Part shown: in pieces, positions 10,007 through 20,702 of the stretch
Layout: each line of letters begins with the position of its first letter
How positions within the stretch are numbered: position 1 is the stretch's first letter
Assembly (NCBI GenBank): GCA_009392005.1
Contig: VFHL01000005.1
Coordinates: 49,643 to 113,642, forward strand
Length of the DNA: 64,000 nt
Direction of reading: 5' to 3'
Source of the DNA: SAR202 cluster bacterium
Lineage (GTDB): Bacteria; Chloroflexota; Dehalococcoidia; UBA6926; VFHL01
Made by a program: the position numbers and the translations under genes
Notes under the pieces: generated by a model
Databases searched by the model: none
Told to the model about the DNA's origin: nothing
The model's input: only the letters and a program-made list of their open reading frames with translations

Positions 10007-11560
10007 ATGGTGCAGAAGACCGATCTTGTCTTTCATAACATTCACGCTGAAACCATAGATCGGGAAGTCTCGCCCGCTAGTGTTATAGGGGTTCGCGCAG
10101 GGAAAATTGTTCATGTTGGTAACGATTCCTCTTTTGACTTTTTGGTTGATGCGAACACTCGAGTCATTGATGGAGAAGGCCTTTTATTGACGCCTGGTCT
10201 GATAGATCCACATCTACATTTATTATCTTGGGCTAATTATCTTTCAAGCGTTGATTGTAGTCGTGAGGCGGTTGCGTCTATTGAAGAAATTCAGGCTGCG
10301 ATTGCAAAAGAGGCAAGGAAGGTTCCTCCCGGCACGTGGATCAGAGCGGTCGGGTATGATGAATTTTACCTAAAAGAAAAACGGCATCTAACCCGTCATG
10401 ATTTGGATGCCGCTGCCCCTTTACATCCAGTTCGGCTCGCTCATCGATCTGGCCATATTTTGGTTCTAAACAGTTTGGGTTTGCGGAATACGAATATTCG
10501 TATAGACACGGAAGAGCCCCCAGGCTCCACAATAGATCGGGAGATTCCTAGCGGTGATCCATCAGGCATGCTAATTGATATGGATGCTTGGATTAGAGAG
10601 CGGATTCCTGACATTCCTGAGGAACAAATCTCGCAAGGATTATCGCAAATTAATCATTCGCTATATTCATCGGGAGTCACGTTTGTTCAAGACGCATCTG
10701 TAACAAATGACTATTCCATTTGGAGGGATTTCATCGGTTATCGAGAAGAGGGCATTTTGAAAGTGTCGGGTTCCATGATGATCAATGGAGACAAGACCCA
10801 AGAGTTTTTGCAGAATAACCTTGGGTTTGGTGAACGATACGGCGAGTGGCATATTGGAGCGGCAAAAATCATTGTTTCGGATGTAGGCGGCAAAATGCAT
10901 CCTACTCTAGAGGATTTGGAAGAACTGGTTCAAAAAATTGATGATAAGGGTTTCCAAATCGCTATTCATGCTGTTACAAGGACCGAGATAGAGCATGCGC
11001 TGGAAGCATTTGGTAGCTTAAGTAACGAGCCTAGTTCTCGTGTAAAAAGAAGACATCGGATTGAACACGCATCCATCTGTCCACCGGATCTTTTGGAAAA
11101 ACTCCGAGAACTAGATCTCGGTGTGGTAACACAACCGGGATTCATATTTTTTAATGGTGATAGGTATCTGAACACGGTTGAAAAAGCGTCTCAAAATTGG
11201 CTTTATAGAGCCACCACATTCTATAAAGAGGGTATCACCGTTGCATCATCCTCTGATGCCCCAGTAATACCAGAAAACCCACAGTTCGGCTTATACGCAG
11301 CAGTTACTCGCAAATCAATGAATGGACATCATGTTGGTGAATCTAGAGGGCTGCAGTTTCATGAGGCGCTTGCTTTATTCACGAAGAATGCAGCCTATCT
11401 TACGTTTCAAGATCATCAACGGGGAACCCTTTTGCCTAACAAAAGGGCTGATCTTGTTTTATGGAACAAAGGATTATCGGCCTTGCAAGATCCGGATGAG
11501 ATACGTCAATTGGAACCATTAATGACAATAGCTAACGGCGATTTTGTTTTTGAATCCTAA
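10007..11560 (+). CDS. Amidohydrolase (YtcJ / amidohydro_3 type)
   Basis: PGLIDPHLH, AIHAV, RHRIEHAS, SSDAP and RGTL..NKRADLV. Confidence 0.88.
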   Translation: MVQKTDLVFHNIHAETIDREVSPASVIGVRAGKIVHVGNDSSFDFLVDANTRVIDGEGLLLTPGLIDPHLHLLSWANYLSSVDCSREAVASIEEIQAAIAKEARKVPPGTWIRAVGYDEFYLKEKRHLTRHDLDAAAPLHPVRLAHRSGHILVLNSLGLRNTNIRIDTEEPPGSTIDREIPSGDPSGMLIDMDAWIRERIPDIPEEQISQGLSQINHSLYSSGVTFVQDASVTNDYSIWRDFIGYREEGILKVSGSMMINGDKTQEFLQNNLGFGERYGEWHIGAAKIIVSDVGGKMHPTLEDLEELVQKIDDKGFQIAIHAVTRTEIEHALEAFGSLSNEPSSRVKRRHRIEHASICPPDLLEKLRELDLGVVTQPGFIFFNGDRYLNTVEKASQNWLYRATTFYKEGITVASSSDAPVIPENPQFGLYAAVTRKSMNGHHVGESRGLQFHEALALFTKNAAYLTFQDHQRGTLLPNKRADLVLWNKGLSALQDPDEIRQLEPLMTIANGDFVFES

Positions 11561-11596
11561 AGAAAACTACGCATGCGTCAATAATTGGTGCTATGG

Positions 11597-11869
11597 CTAA
11601 TCCATTTTTTCAAGTGAGTAGACTACGTCCGTGTTGTTATGGGCCTTATCCCAAGCTATCATCTTCGGTGAGCTCATTATCTCCTGCATTTTGTCCATGT
11701 CTGTAATATTAGCCATATTTATCACTTTGCAGCGTCCTTCGATTCCCGTGTCTACAACTCCTACATCGAAGGAGCCTCCGGCCTGTTTCATTTCCTCTTC
11801 GAACTCAGCCATCAGCGACATATAGTCATCAATCGTCCCGTCAAAAGTTGATACGACGCAAATATTCAT
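11597..11869 (-). CDS. Small hypothetical protein, 90 aa
   Basis: Strong RBS (GGAGG) before the ATG; protein-like acidic composition. Confidence 0.7.
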   Translation of the reverse strand: MNICVVSTFDGTIDDYMSLMAEFEEEMKQAGGSFDVGVVDTGIEGRCKVINMANITDMDKMQEIMSSPKMIAWDKAHNNTDVVYSLEKMD

Positions 11870-11923
11870 TTAGATCCTCCATTTAATAAAACTGCAATTC
11901 TTAACTTCGGTCATTGTATCCGA

Positions 11924-12844
11924 TCAAAAAATGGCGAGTGGGTTGACTGGAGACCCAGTGCCATTTTGGACACGTAGTGGGCCAGCTGAGAGCATGAACT
12001 CCCAGCGATTAAGACGGGTACATTGTTCTGAAAGTTCCTCTAAGTTAGCATTATCCAATAGCCACAATCCCATCGATACAATTCCGATGTGATGTAGTGG
12101 AAGCCCAACCGCCGGGTATTCCCTAGGGAATGTGTCATTTGGTGTGTCAGAACCAAGGATTGCTACGCGACGCTCGTGTAGCCATGGCAAGAGCGCTGCA
12201 TGGGGCCCCGGCCCGCCGTCGTTTGTTGGCCCGAGACTGAGCCTTCTTTTATAGTTCCCGGTCCGAATCAAGAGAATGTCTCCCTCGCCCACTTTGACGC
12301 CTGCCTGCTCTTCCGCAGCTTCGAGATCTTCAGGGAAGACGCCTTCGCCAGGTTCCATCCAATCTTTTCTTTTCAGGCGTGCGATGTCTAAAAGGATAGC
12401 GCGTGACACTACCCCGTTTTCCAACAATTCAATGGATCCGGCTTGCGCAAAATCACGTGAATTCACGAGGCTAGCCGGCCTATCGTTGTACATTTTCCCA
12501 TTCCAAAATGCGTGGCAACTGGCATCTAGATGTGTCACTGTTGAACCGTGAAATGCTACACCGATGAAATCCGATGTGCCTCCGGAACCTTTATCAGGCA
12601 CTGTATCTCCGGCTGCGACCATGAAATGAACCGGTGGAATTCGTACATCTGGTGCCGGCTCAGCCACGATTGGTCTCGCACATGATACAGTTTGACCCTC
12701 AGTCACTAACCCTGCGGCCTCTGCAATCTTTTGTGGAGTGATGAAATTGATTGTTCCGATTTCATCATCCGTGCCCCAGCGGCCCCAATTGTTGACCTGA
12801 TCAAAATAAGCTAAAACTTCTTGCTCTGTCGGTTTGTTCGCCAT
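11924..12844 (-). CDS. Cyclase family (kynurenine formamidase-like) metal hydrolase
   Basis: NWGRWG.DDEIGTIN, HG..VTHLDA..H, GDILLIRTG and GTGSPVNPLAIF. Start at 12844 after GGAGGAG. Confidence 0.88.
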   Translation of the reverse strand: MANKPTEQEVLAYFDQVNNWGRWGTDDEIGTINFITPQKIAEAAGLVTEGQTVSCARPIVAEPAPDVRIPPVHFMVAAGDTVPDKGSGGTSDFIGVAFHGSTVTHLDASCHAFWNGKMYNDRPASLVNSRDFAQAGSIELLENGVVSRAILLDIARLKRKDWMEPGEGVFPEDLEAAEEQAGVKVGEGDILLIRTGNYKRRLSLGPTNDGGPGPHAALLPWLHERRVAILGSDTPNDTFPREYPAVGLPLHHIGIVSMGLWLLDNANLEELSEQCTRLNRWEFMLSAGPLRVQNGTGSPVNPLAIF

Positions 12845-12901
12845 ACAAATCTCCTCCGTGTATCTTTTTGACAAGCGAGATAGACAATTGCTGAAACAAT
12901 T

Positions 12902-12976
12902 TGGAGCGGGCGATGGGATTTGAACCCACGACATCTTGCTTGGGAAGCAAGCACTCTACCGCTGAGTTACGCCCGC
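12902..12976 (-). tRNA. tRNA-Gly(CCC)
   Basis: Cloverleaf GCGGGCG...; anticodon arm CTTGC-TTCCCAA-GCAAG; T-loop GTTCAAATC; encoded CCA. Confidence 0.97.
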
Positions 12977-13601
12977 GCATCATCATTTAGCCACTCGGTA
13001 TTTGTGATGTCAAGGCATGAAATTCTTCACAACAGAGCACTTTTATCGATGAATAATTTATAAACATAGAGGGGAAGAAAAAAGAGTTTTCCTGATCCCA
13101 GATACAACTTATGAGGAAACGCGACGTAACACATAGGACAAAGTGAGAAAATGAGAGCATGCAGTCTGAGTTAACGACCATACAGCTATATCCACAAGTT
13201 CGGAAAACGCAAGCCTAATGCTTTGACTCGGCGGAGAAGAAGCAAGTATTATCACCGTGACCGATGAACAGCAGGGTATCGATTTAATTAGTGACAATTA
13301 AGCATGATAGCTTGATATTCAGTGAAGAATTAGGAGCGGAGGGAGAGGCCTTAAACTTCAGTTCTTACAGCGGTTTGTTTAGCAAGAATTAATCGAGCAT
13401 TTTTGGTCAAGCCTTTTGAATTTCTGTCAACTGCAATTATGGTTGTGAGGTAGCCTTCACAAGAGATGCCGTAGTTGCGGGCATGGGGTCGCAAAGCTAT
13501 CTTTTAACATCATGTTATGGATACTCTGGGTGTCTTTGTGCCTTTTTTCAGCATTTGAATCAAGGGAACTGGCTAGATTTGGATCAATCCGGGGGGCGTT
13601 G

Positions 13602-14975
13602 GTGCGAAAAGAGAATCGGGCCAAAGAATTGTGGGTTGCAACGCTTGGCGCGCTGCAAGTTCAAGTTCCGGCATCATTGTATGACGCTTGTCTAAAAAAG
13701 AGCCACGGGATTGATTTCCAGGGCGAAGAATTTTTGATTAGCGTTGATTCACCCTTTGCTCGGGAGATGTTAGAGAAAAGGATGCATTCGCTTCTTGAGC
13801 GAACTCTAAGCAAGATTCTTAAACAAAAAGTTCGTTTGGCGATTCAAGTGGGCGCTTCCCCCGTTAAAGAGGAAGAAAAAAAACTGCCAATAAAACGAAG
13901 TAAAACACCTCCCTCTCGCGTTGGGAATATAGATGCAAGTGCCAATCCTAGGTATACTTTCAACTCTTTTGTTGTTGGTGAAAATAATGAAATGGCTTAT
14001 AGTGCGGCACTAGCTGTCGCTCAATCACCAGCGACGCTCTACAACCCACTATATATCCATTCTGATGTCGGGCTTGGAAAGACGCATTTGTTACAAGCGG
14101 TGCGGCATTCTGCCTCAGCGAACGGCCTGACGACTTTATTTGTTTCCTCAGAACAGTTTGTTTCAGATTTTGTTGCTTCTGTACGTGGTCAATCAAGTAA
14201 TAATTTTCGCGATAAGTACAGATCACCAGATATTCTCTTGGTTGATGATATTCAATTCCTTAGTGGTAAATCTCAGTCAGAGGAAAGCTTTTTCCATGTA
14301 TTTAATTCTCTCCATGAATCTAATCGACAAATTATTGTTACTAGCGATTGCCCCCCAGAAGAACTCAAAAAAGCGCAGAGTAGGCTGGTTTCTCGCCTGC
14401 AATGGGGACTTGAGGTAGAGGTGTCTATGCCCTCTGAGGAGACGCGGTTTGCAATCCTGAAGAAAAAATCTTCTAAATTGCCTTTCAAGATAAGCGAGGA
14501 CATTCTTTCCTTAATAGCATCTATACCCGTCACCAGTGTCAGAGCGCTTGAGGGAAATCTGAATAAAGTTATTGCTTTGGTCAATATGAAGAAAGAACCA
14601 CTGACCATGGATTCCTGCAAAAACCTCCTAGATTTTGGAGTATCGACAGAAGGCGAAATGTCAGGGAATTCGCATGGAATTAGACTGAAATTAATGGACA
14701 AAGCGCTAGAAATTGTTGGTGAATATTACGGGATATCGGTCAATGTAATGAAAGGTGCGTCTAGAGAGCGTCGCTCAGCACGAGCTCGGCAAATAGCTAT
14801 GTACTTAATTTACGAGTCTAGTGATTTTGCTCCTTCCGAGATTGGTGAATTCTTGGGCAGTAGGCATGCGAAAACGATTCAATATGGAATCGATAAAATA
14901 AACAATAGCTATAGAACAGAAGATCATTTCAAAAATGAAATTGACCATCTGAAATCTGTTCTGGTAAATAGTTAG
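13602..14975 (+). CDS. dnaA: Chromosomal replication initiator DnaA (divergent)
   Basis: YTFNSFVVG, YNPLYI..DVGLGKTHLL, DDIQF, RLVSR..WGL, VRALEG and ARARQIAMYL. Start is likely GTG 13602 or TTG 13599. Confidence 0.93.
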   Translation: MRKENRAKELWVATLGALQVQVPASLYDACLKKSHGIDFQGEEFLISVDSPFAREMLEKRMHSLLERTLSKILKQKVRLAIQVGASPVKEEEKKLPIKRSKTPPSRVGNIDASANPRYTFNSFVVGENNEMAYSAALAVAQSPATLYNPLYIHSDVGLGKTHLLQAVRHSASANGLTTLFVSSEQFVSDFVASVRGQSSNNFRDKYRSPDILLVDDIQFLSGKSQSEESFFHVFNSLHESNRQIIVTSDCPPEELKKAQSRLVSRLQWGLEVEVSMPSEETRFAILKKKSSKLPFKISEDILSLIASIPVTSVRALEGNLNKVIALVNMKKEPLTMDSCKNLLDFGVSTEGEMSGNSHGIRLKLMDKALEIVGEYYGISVNVMKGASRERRSARARQIAMYLIYESSDFAPSEIGEFLGSRHAKTIQYGIDKINNSYRTEDHFKNEIDHLKSVLVNS

Positions 14976-15120
14976 TAAAAGTTTCGCCGTCTTGGATGAA
15001 ACGATGAAATGACGAACTCTTCAAGCATCTTTGATTAGTATTCTAGGTAAATTCAAGAGTGATGGTACAATTCACACGTACCCAAGATGGGCGCATAATC
15101 CTAAATTTGAGGATATAAAA

Positions 15121-16584
15121 TTGCTACTTGAACCGGTTATCGGGCTAGAAGTCCATGTGCAACTTCTTACACGTACAAAAATGTTCTGCGCGTGTGTTTC
15201 AGATTCGTCTGGTGGTGAACCGAACACTCGGGTTTGTCCAGTGTGTCTCGGCCTGCCCGGGGTTTTGCCAGTAGTTAACAAGCGAGCGGTTCAATTTACT
15301 GTAATGACGGGCCTGGCCCTAAACAGTACTATCGCAAGTGATACAAAATTTGATCGCAAGAACTACCCCTACCCTGATCTGATGAAGGGATATCAAATTA
15401 GCCAATTTGATATCCCTATTGCATCGGGAGGCTGGCTTGAGCTAGACAGCGGGAATCGATTAGGTATCACGCGAGTGCATATGGAAGAAGATACTGCTCG
15501 GTTAATTCATCGGGTGGATGATGCTACTGGGAAAGGATTTTCACTGGTTGACGTTAATCGGTCAGGAATACCCTTAATGGAAATCGTGGGTGATCCTGAT
15601 ATCTCATCCGCCGATGATGCGCGGGAGTACCTTACAAAATTACGGTCAATCGTTCAATATCTCGGGGTTTCGACAGGTAATATGGAAGAGGGTAGTTTTC
15701 GCTGCGACGCAAATATAAGCCTAAAAATAGATGGGCAAATGTCAGATCAGCGCGTTGAAGTGAAAAACATGAACAGCTTTCGGGCCGTTCATGGCGCTCT
15801 TGAGTATGAGATTCAAAGACAAACTGAAGTGCTTGAAAAAGGACAGCGAATTGTACAGGAAACCCGAGGCTGGATAGAGGACCAAGGCATCACAGTGTCC
15901 CAAAGATCCAAAGAAGAAGCGCATGATTATCGATATTTTCCAGAACCTGATCTACCGCCACTTGTCGTTGATCCAATTTGGGTAGAAGATATCCGCTCAA
16001 AGTTACCAGAATTACCCGAGAACAGACGCAAAAGGTTCCAAGAGGAATATGATTTATCGGAATATGATGCTAATCAATTAGTGGCGACAAAAGCGAGTGC
16101 GGACTTTTTTGAAGATTCTTTATCGACACGTGGCGATAAACAGTCAATAGAATCTGCTATAGCGAAGTCGACAGCTAACTGGATTAATACAGACCTAGCT
16201 CACCTTTTAAACGATGCCGGGGTAAACATTGAAAATTCCCCTATATCGCCTGCTTCTTTAAGTGAAATGCTTGCTTTCATTGAAGATGGAACGATTAGCT
16301 CGAAGATGGCAAAAGATCTTTTCGAGGAAATGTTTCACACTGAAAAAGGCGCTAAAGTAATCATTGAGGCCAAAGGTTTAAATCAAATCAGTGATGATGA
16401 CGCATTGGCAGAATTTGTTAGTGGTGTGATCGCTGAGAATTCAAAAGCTGTGGATGATTATCGGAATGGCAAAGAGACAGCCGTAAAGTTTCTGGTCGGC
16501 CAAGTGATGCGGGTTACTCGAGGCCAGGCGAATCCTCAAAAGGCGACTGAAGCGGTTCTTAGCCAACTTGATCGAGATGTTTAA
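15121..16584 (+). CDS. gatB: Asp/Glu-tRNA amidotransferase subunit B
   Basis: IGLEVHVQL, FDRKNY.YPDL.KGYQISQ, RSKEEAHDYRYFPEPDL. TTG start after GAGGA. Confidence 0.97.
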   Translation: MLLEPVIGLEVHVQLLTRTKMFCACVSDSSGGEPNTRVCPVCLGLPGVLPVVNKRAVQFTVMTGLALNSTIASDTKFDRKNYPYPDLMKGYQISQFDIPIASGGWLELDSGNRLGITRVHMEEDTARLIHRVDDATGKGFSLVDVNRSGIPLMEIVGDPDISSADDAREYLTKLRSIVQYLGVSTGNMEEGSFRCDANISLKIDGQMSDQRVEVKNMNSFRAVHGALEYEIQRQTEVLEKGQRIVQETRGWIEDQGITVSQRSKEEAHDYRYFPEPDLPPLVVDPIWVEDIRSKLPELPENRRKRFQEEYDLSEYDANQLVATKASADFFEDSLSTRGDKQSIESAIAKSTANWINTDLAHLLNDAGVNIENSPISPASLSEMLAFIEDGTISSKMAKDLFEEMFHTEKGAKVIIEAKGLNQISDDDALAEFVSGVIAENSKAVDDYRNGKETAVKFLVGQVMRVTRGQANPQKATEAVLSQLDRDV

Positions 16585-16954
16585 CATCGTTCGCGGGGCT
16601 CTTATTGGTAGCGCAATCACGCTTGCTTTGTATATTGTTCCAGTCGTGCATTTCTTCGGGCCGTTTATAGGCGGGCTCGTTGGGGCCTCAATTTCAAAGA
16701 TTTCTTTCTCATGGGCATGGGTTTTTGGCCCATTCATGGCTCTTGTAATTGGATTGGTAGTTACTATTTTAGGTCAGTTAGTAACGACTATTCTCCAGAG
16801 CTTGTCGATTCAAATGCCTTTTGGAGAAAGTAGTGGGTTTTCTCTGATTCTTGGAGGAGTTATAGCGGTACATTCGCTGATATTGGGGACCTTAGGGGCC
16901 GTGGTGGGAAGTTTTATCGCCGCGCGATCTAAAGGTAAGCAGTCAGTGTCATGA
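16577..16954 (+). CDS. Small Gly-rich membrane protein
   Basis: Several hydrophobic segments; overlaps the gatB stop and the next start. Confidence 0.7.
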   Translation: MFNIVRGALIGSAITLALYIVPVVHFFGPFIGGLVGASISKISFSWAWVFGPFMALVIGLVVTILGQLVTTILQSLSIQMPFGESSGFSLILGGVIAVHSLILGTLGAVVGSFIAARSKGKQSVS

Positions 16955-17922
16955 ATGGGCACCGCGTTACCGCTATTGGCGGTGGTACAGGGTTAGCGAA
17001 TCTCCTGGATGGTTTGAGAATGCGTACAGAGAATATTACCGCCATTGTGTCAGTAGCTGATGATGGAGGGAGTTCGGGGATACTTCGTGACGAATTCGGT
17101 ATGCTTCCACCAGGTGATTTCAGAAGTTGTTTGGTTGCATTGTCCGACGCTGATCCCTTAATCAAAGACCTTTTTAAGTATCGGTTTGTGACAGAATCAT
17201 CGCTTGCGGGGCATAGTTTAGGGAATTTGTTAATTGCCGCATTGTCTACCTTGTCGGGAGGTTTTGAAAATGCGATTGATGTTTCGAGCCAGCTTTTGAA
17301 TATTAAGGGCAAAGTACTACCGGCTTCCTTGGAGAATATTGTCCTTATGGCCGAAATGATGGATGAGAAGATTGTGAGTGGTGAATCAAACATTACATCT
17401 CATGAGAGTGTTATAAAAAAAGTTTTTATTGGTGAACCTGATGTCGAAGCATACCCTCCAGCTGAGGATGCAATTCGGCAAGCAGAACTAATAATAGTTG
17501 GCCCAGGTAGCTTGTATACGAGTGTGATACCAAATTTTCTTATCAGAGGGATACGAGATGCGATTCAAGAAGCATCTGCACCGTGTGTCTACGTTTGTAA
17601 TGTGGCAACACAAGTAGGCGAGACAGACGGATTCAACGCTGGAGATCATGTTCGCACACTTCTAGAACATGTCGGCGACGGCGTGATTGATTATGTTGTC
17701 GTAAACGATAATATTAAGAATCGCCTAGCTAATGAATTGGACTTCAGGCCAGTATCACCTGATGGATTACCAATAAACGGAGTTGTTGCCCTATATAAAG
17801 ATGTTGTAAATACTGCATCTCCGGTGCTTCACGACTCACGAAAATTATGCGAAGTGCTCCTTAATGCATTAGAAAAAGGTACACTAACAAAGAATCCAAT
17901 AGCTGATCGAGGTGTTTCGTGA
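16951..17922 (+). CDS. YvcK/GlmR (CofD-like) gluconeogenesis factor
   Basis: IGGGTG, VADDGGSSG.LR, PPGD.R, GHSLGNL and GPGSLYTS. Confidence 0.92.
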   Translation: MNGHRVTAIGGGTGLANLLDGLRMRTENITAIVSVADDGGSSGILRDEFGMLPPGDFRSCLVALSDADPLIKDLFKYRFVTESSLAGHSLGNLLIAALSTLSGGFENAIDVSSQLLNIKGKVLPASLENIVLMAEMMDEKIVSGESNITSHESVIKKVFIGEPDVEAYPPAEDAIRQAELIIVGPGSLYTSVIPNFLIRGIRDAIQEASAPCVYVCNVATQVGETDGFNAGDHVRTLLEHVGDGVIDYVVVNDNIKNRLANELDFRPVSPDGLPINGVVALYKDVVNTASPVLHDSRKLCEVLLNALEKGTLTKNPIADRGVS

Positions 17923-18140
17923 TACCAGCATTTCAAATTATTCAGATCATAATATCGGTGATTTTAATAGCCGTTATTCTCCTTCAGGTTCGAATGCAAG
18001 GACTCGGGGGCGTATTTGGTCAGGGGTCTTCTATAGCGAGAGCGCGGAGGGGATTTGAGAAAACATTGTTTCAATTTACGATTGTTCTATCTATCTTGTT
18101 CGTGGTTATTTCCATCATTTCTGTGATTGTTCAAAGATAG
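17919..18140 (+). CDS. secG: Preprotein translocase subunit SecG
   Basis: Two TM helices flanking ILLQ...GLGGVFG...RRGFEKTL. Confidence 0.9.
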   Translation: MIPAFQIIQIIISVILIAVILLQVRMQGLGGVFGQGSSIARARRGFEKTLFQFTIVLSILFVVISIISVIVQR

Positions 18141-18391
18141 ATTTTGGGCGCACACTTTTGCCTTCTATCTGTTAGTGAGTGGAAAACGCATGGCAAGATA
18201 TTCCTTATTTATTTTGCTTATACCTTGCGTGAGCTAACCCAATTACGAGTGGCTTTTTGGAGGTTGAAGAACTTCCTTATACCAATTTCATAGCATGTTA
18301 ATTAACTCGGATATTTTGGATTTTAGGAGCTGGAAAGAAGATTCCTCATTGCCACGATTAGTATGATTTTCACAGCATTGACGAGACAGGT

Positions 18392-19648
18392 ATGAAAACT
18401 TTTAATGACGTATTTTATGGCTGGTGGATCGCCATCGCCGCCATGACAGTTTTGTCAGTTGGAGCAGGTGTTTATTGGCAAGGATTTGGAGTTTTTTTCT
18501 TGCCATTAGCGCACGAATTCTCCACTAGTCGTGCCGCCCTTTCAGGCGTAGTATCCATTTCGCAGCTTGAAGGGGGCTTGTTGGGACCAGTTGGCGGATA
18601 CTTGGTCGATCGATATGGGCCGAGGAAAATGATGCTGATTGGTGGAAGCTTCATGGGGTTAGGATTCCTTCTTTTGTCGCAAGTCCAATCTCTGATGATG
18701 TTTTATGTAGTCTTTCTCCTTGTAATTTCTGTTGGCATGTCAATTGGGATCCGCGTTCCTGCCCTGGTTGCCCCGGTGAATTGGTTCATTAAGAAGCGGG
18801 GGCGTGCTTTAGGAATCGCCACTTCGGGTGGAGGTTTAGGTGGTGTTTTTGTTCCATTTCTGGGTTGGCTTATTGTCGCTGTTGGTTGGAGAACAACAGC
18901 TGTTATAGCAGGATTGATGGTTTGGGTTGTAGCATTACCTTTAGCTTTTTTTATGCGCACTCGTCCCGAAGATTATGGTCTTTTACCTGATGGAGAAAGA
19001 TCTGTTTCCCAAAACGTTGAGACTTCTGAAAATGGTCTTGAGGATACGATTTCAGGTGAAGCTGAGTACACGTTGATGCAAGCCTTAAAGACTCCTGCTT
19101 TTTGGTTTCTGGCAATTGTTCTAGGCCTTCGCCAATTAGCTATTGGTGCCATAGCGTTACATCAAGTTCCGTTCCTTGTCGGCATAGGCATCAGAACTGA
19201 AATCGCTGCAACGGTTTTAGGCATGACAGGTGTGATTAGTATTCTTGGACGTTTCGGTTTCGGTTGGTTAGCTGAGAAGATCTCTACAAGGTACGTGATG
19301 GCTATCACAATGGGATTAGTTGCATTAGGCTCATTTGTTTTGGCGAACGTTGGTACGTGGTGGCATTTGTTTTTTTTCGTTCCCATCTATGCTGTTGGCT
19401 GGGGGGGTGGTGCGACATTGATGTTCGCGCTACGGGCGGAATATTTTGGCCGTAAAGCTTTTGGCACAATATCAGGAGCCATGGATGCGATTCAGATGTT
19501 TGGATTAGTATTGGGTCCCGTGTTTGCAGGGTTAGTCTATGATTTGACAGAGAGCTACTATCCAGCTTTCATAACGTTCGCAATATCAGCGGCTCTTGCC
19601 GCATTAACAATGGTCTTTATTCGGCCACCTGAACGACGAAATGGATGA
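18392..19648 (+). CDS. MFS transporter
   Basis: GYLVDRYGPRK (MFS motif A), NWFIKKRGRALG; about 12 TM segments. Confidence 0.9.
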   Translation: MKTFNDVFYGWWIAIAAMTVLSVGAGVYWQGFGVFFLPLAHEFSTSRAALSGVVSISQLEGGLLGPVGGYLVDRYGPRKMMLIGGSFMGLGFLLLSQVQSLMMFYVVFLLVISVGMSIGIRVPALVAPVNWFIKKRGRALGIATSGGGLGGVFVPFLGWLIVAVGWRTTAVIAGLMVWVVALPLAFFMRTRPEDYGLLPDGERSVSQNVETSENGLEDTISGEAEYTLMQALKTPAFWFLAIVLGLRQLAIGAIALHQVPFLVGIGIRTEIAATVLGMTGVISILGRFGFGWLAEKISTRYVMAITMGLVALGSFVLANVGTWWHLFFFVPIYAVGWGGGATLMFALRAEYFGRKAFGTISGAMDAIQMFGLVLGPVFAGLVYDLTESYYPAFITFAISAALAALTMVFIRPPERRNG

Positions 19649-19822
19649 CATTTCGATGTTTATTTTCAGCATTATCAAAGCCCAGCATTCTAATTGAAAT
19701 AAATGATGGTGACAGGCTCGCCTCCTTTTGATTTAACAGTTTCTATTTTCGTTTGTTGTAAAATTCGCTAAGCGAACTGTAAACGAGTCAAATTCAAGAA
19801 TAAGACAAAAGGGGACTTTATA

Positions 19823-20686
19823 ATGCCAGAGTATGACAACGTACTTTATGAGAAACGCGAACATGTAGCAATTATTACTCTGAACAATCCGGAACGGTTA
19901 AATTCTTTAAGTATCGGGCTAAAAGAAGATATTGAAGCAGCTATGATGCATGCCGCGAATGATCGGGATGTACGTGCAATTATTTGGACTGGATCTGGCC
20001 GAGCGTTTTCCGCAGGTGCAAATATGGGAGGACGTGGCGATGAAGGTTTCAAGAGGGACCCGAGAGAACAGGGATTGATGGGCAACTATCTTGCAGCGGA
20101 AGAGTATCGAGAATGGGGTGTCCGGTGGCAATCGGCAGTCTCTCAACCAATAATTGGCGCGATTAACGGGTACTGTTTGGGTCGTGGTTTCGAATATGCT
20201 CTACACAGCGATATTTTGATTGCGTCCGAACGGGCTGCTTTTGGAGCTCCAGAGATCCGGCATGGAAGTATAGCAGCGACACGGCTACCGTTCTTTGTGA
20301 GCGCTCAGTGGGCAAAGCGTATTATCCTCACTGGGGATCATGTAAGTGCAGAAACAGCGGAGCGTATTGGGCTGGTTGTTGATGTGGTTCCGCATGAAAA
20401 ATTGATGGATGCAGCATTTTCTTTAGCGCAACGTTTTGCTCACATTCCGCCTTTTGCCGTGCGTTTCAATAAACGAATGATTGATGGAACGCTTGAAGCC
20501 ATGGGAATGAATTCAGCTTTATCTTACAGTTCAATGGTTGATGCGATTGGTCATGCTACAGCAAGAGAACAACCTGGTGTTCGCGTTACTGATGGGGTTG
20601 ACCTTGATAAGATTAGGCAAGAGGAAGGCACTGGCGCTTTTATTAAAGCACGTGACAAGCCATTTGGGCCATCACCACACCTATAG
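19823..20686 (+). CDS. Enoyl-CoA hydratase/isomerase family protein
   Basis: LNNPERLNSL, AFSAGAN, AINGYCLG.GFE and FGAPE. Confidence 0.9.
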   Translation: MPEYDNVLYEKREHVAIITLNNPERLNSLSIGLKEDIEAAMMHAANDRDVRAIIWTGSGRAFSAGANMGGRGDEGFKRDPREQGLMGNYLAAEEYREWGVRWQSAVSQPIIGAINGYCLGRGFEYALHSDILIASERAAFGAPEIRHGSIAATRLPFFVSAQWAKRIILTGDHVSAETAERIGLVVDVVPHEKLMDAAFSLAQRFAHIPPFAVRFNKRMIDGTLEAMGMNSALSYSSMVDAIGHATAREQPGVRVTDGVDLDKIRQEEGTGAFIKARDKPFGPSPHL

Positions 20687-20702
20687 ATTGCAGTGAGGAG
20701 AG

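Noticed and set aside
12977-13600. Gap upstream of dnaA as a canonical oriC
   Set aside because: Only one near-consensus DnaA box and no clear unwinding element were seen; not excluded, but unsupported.
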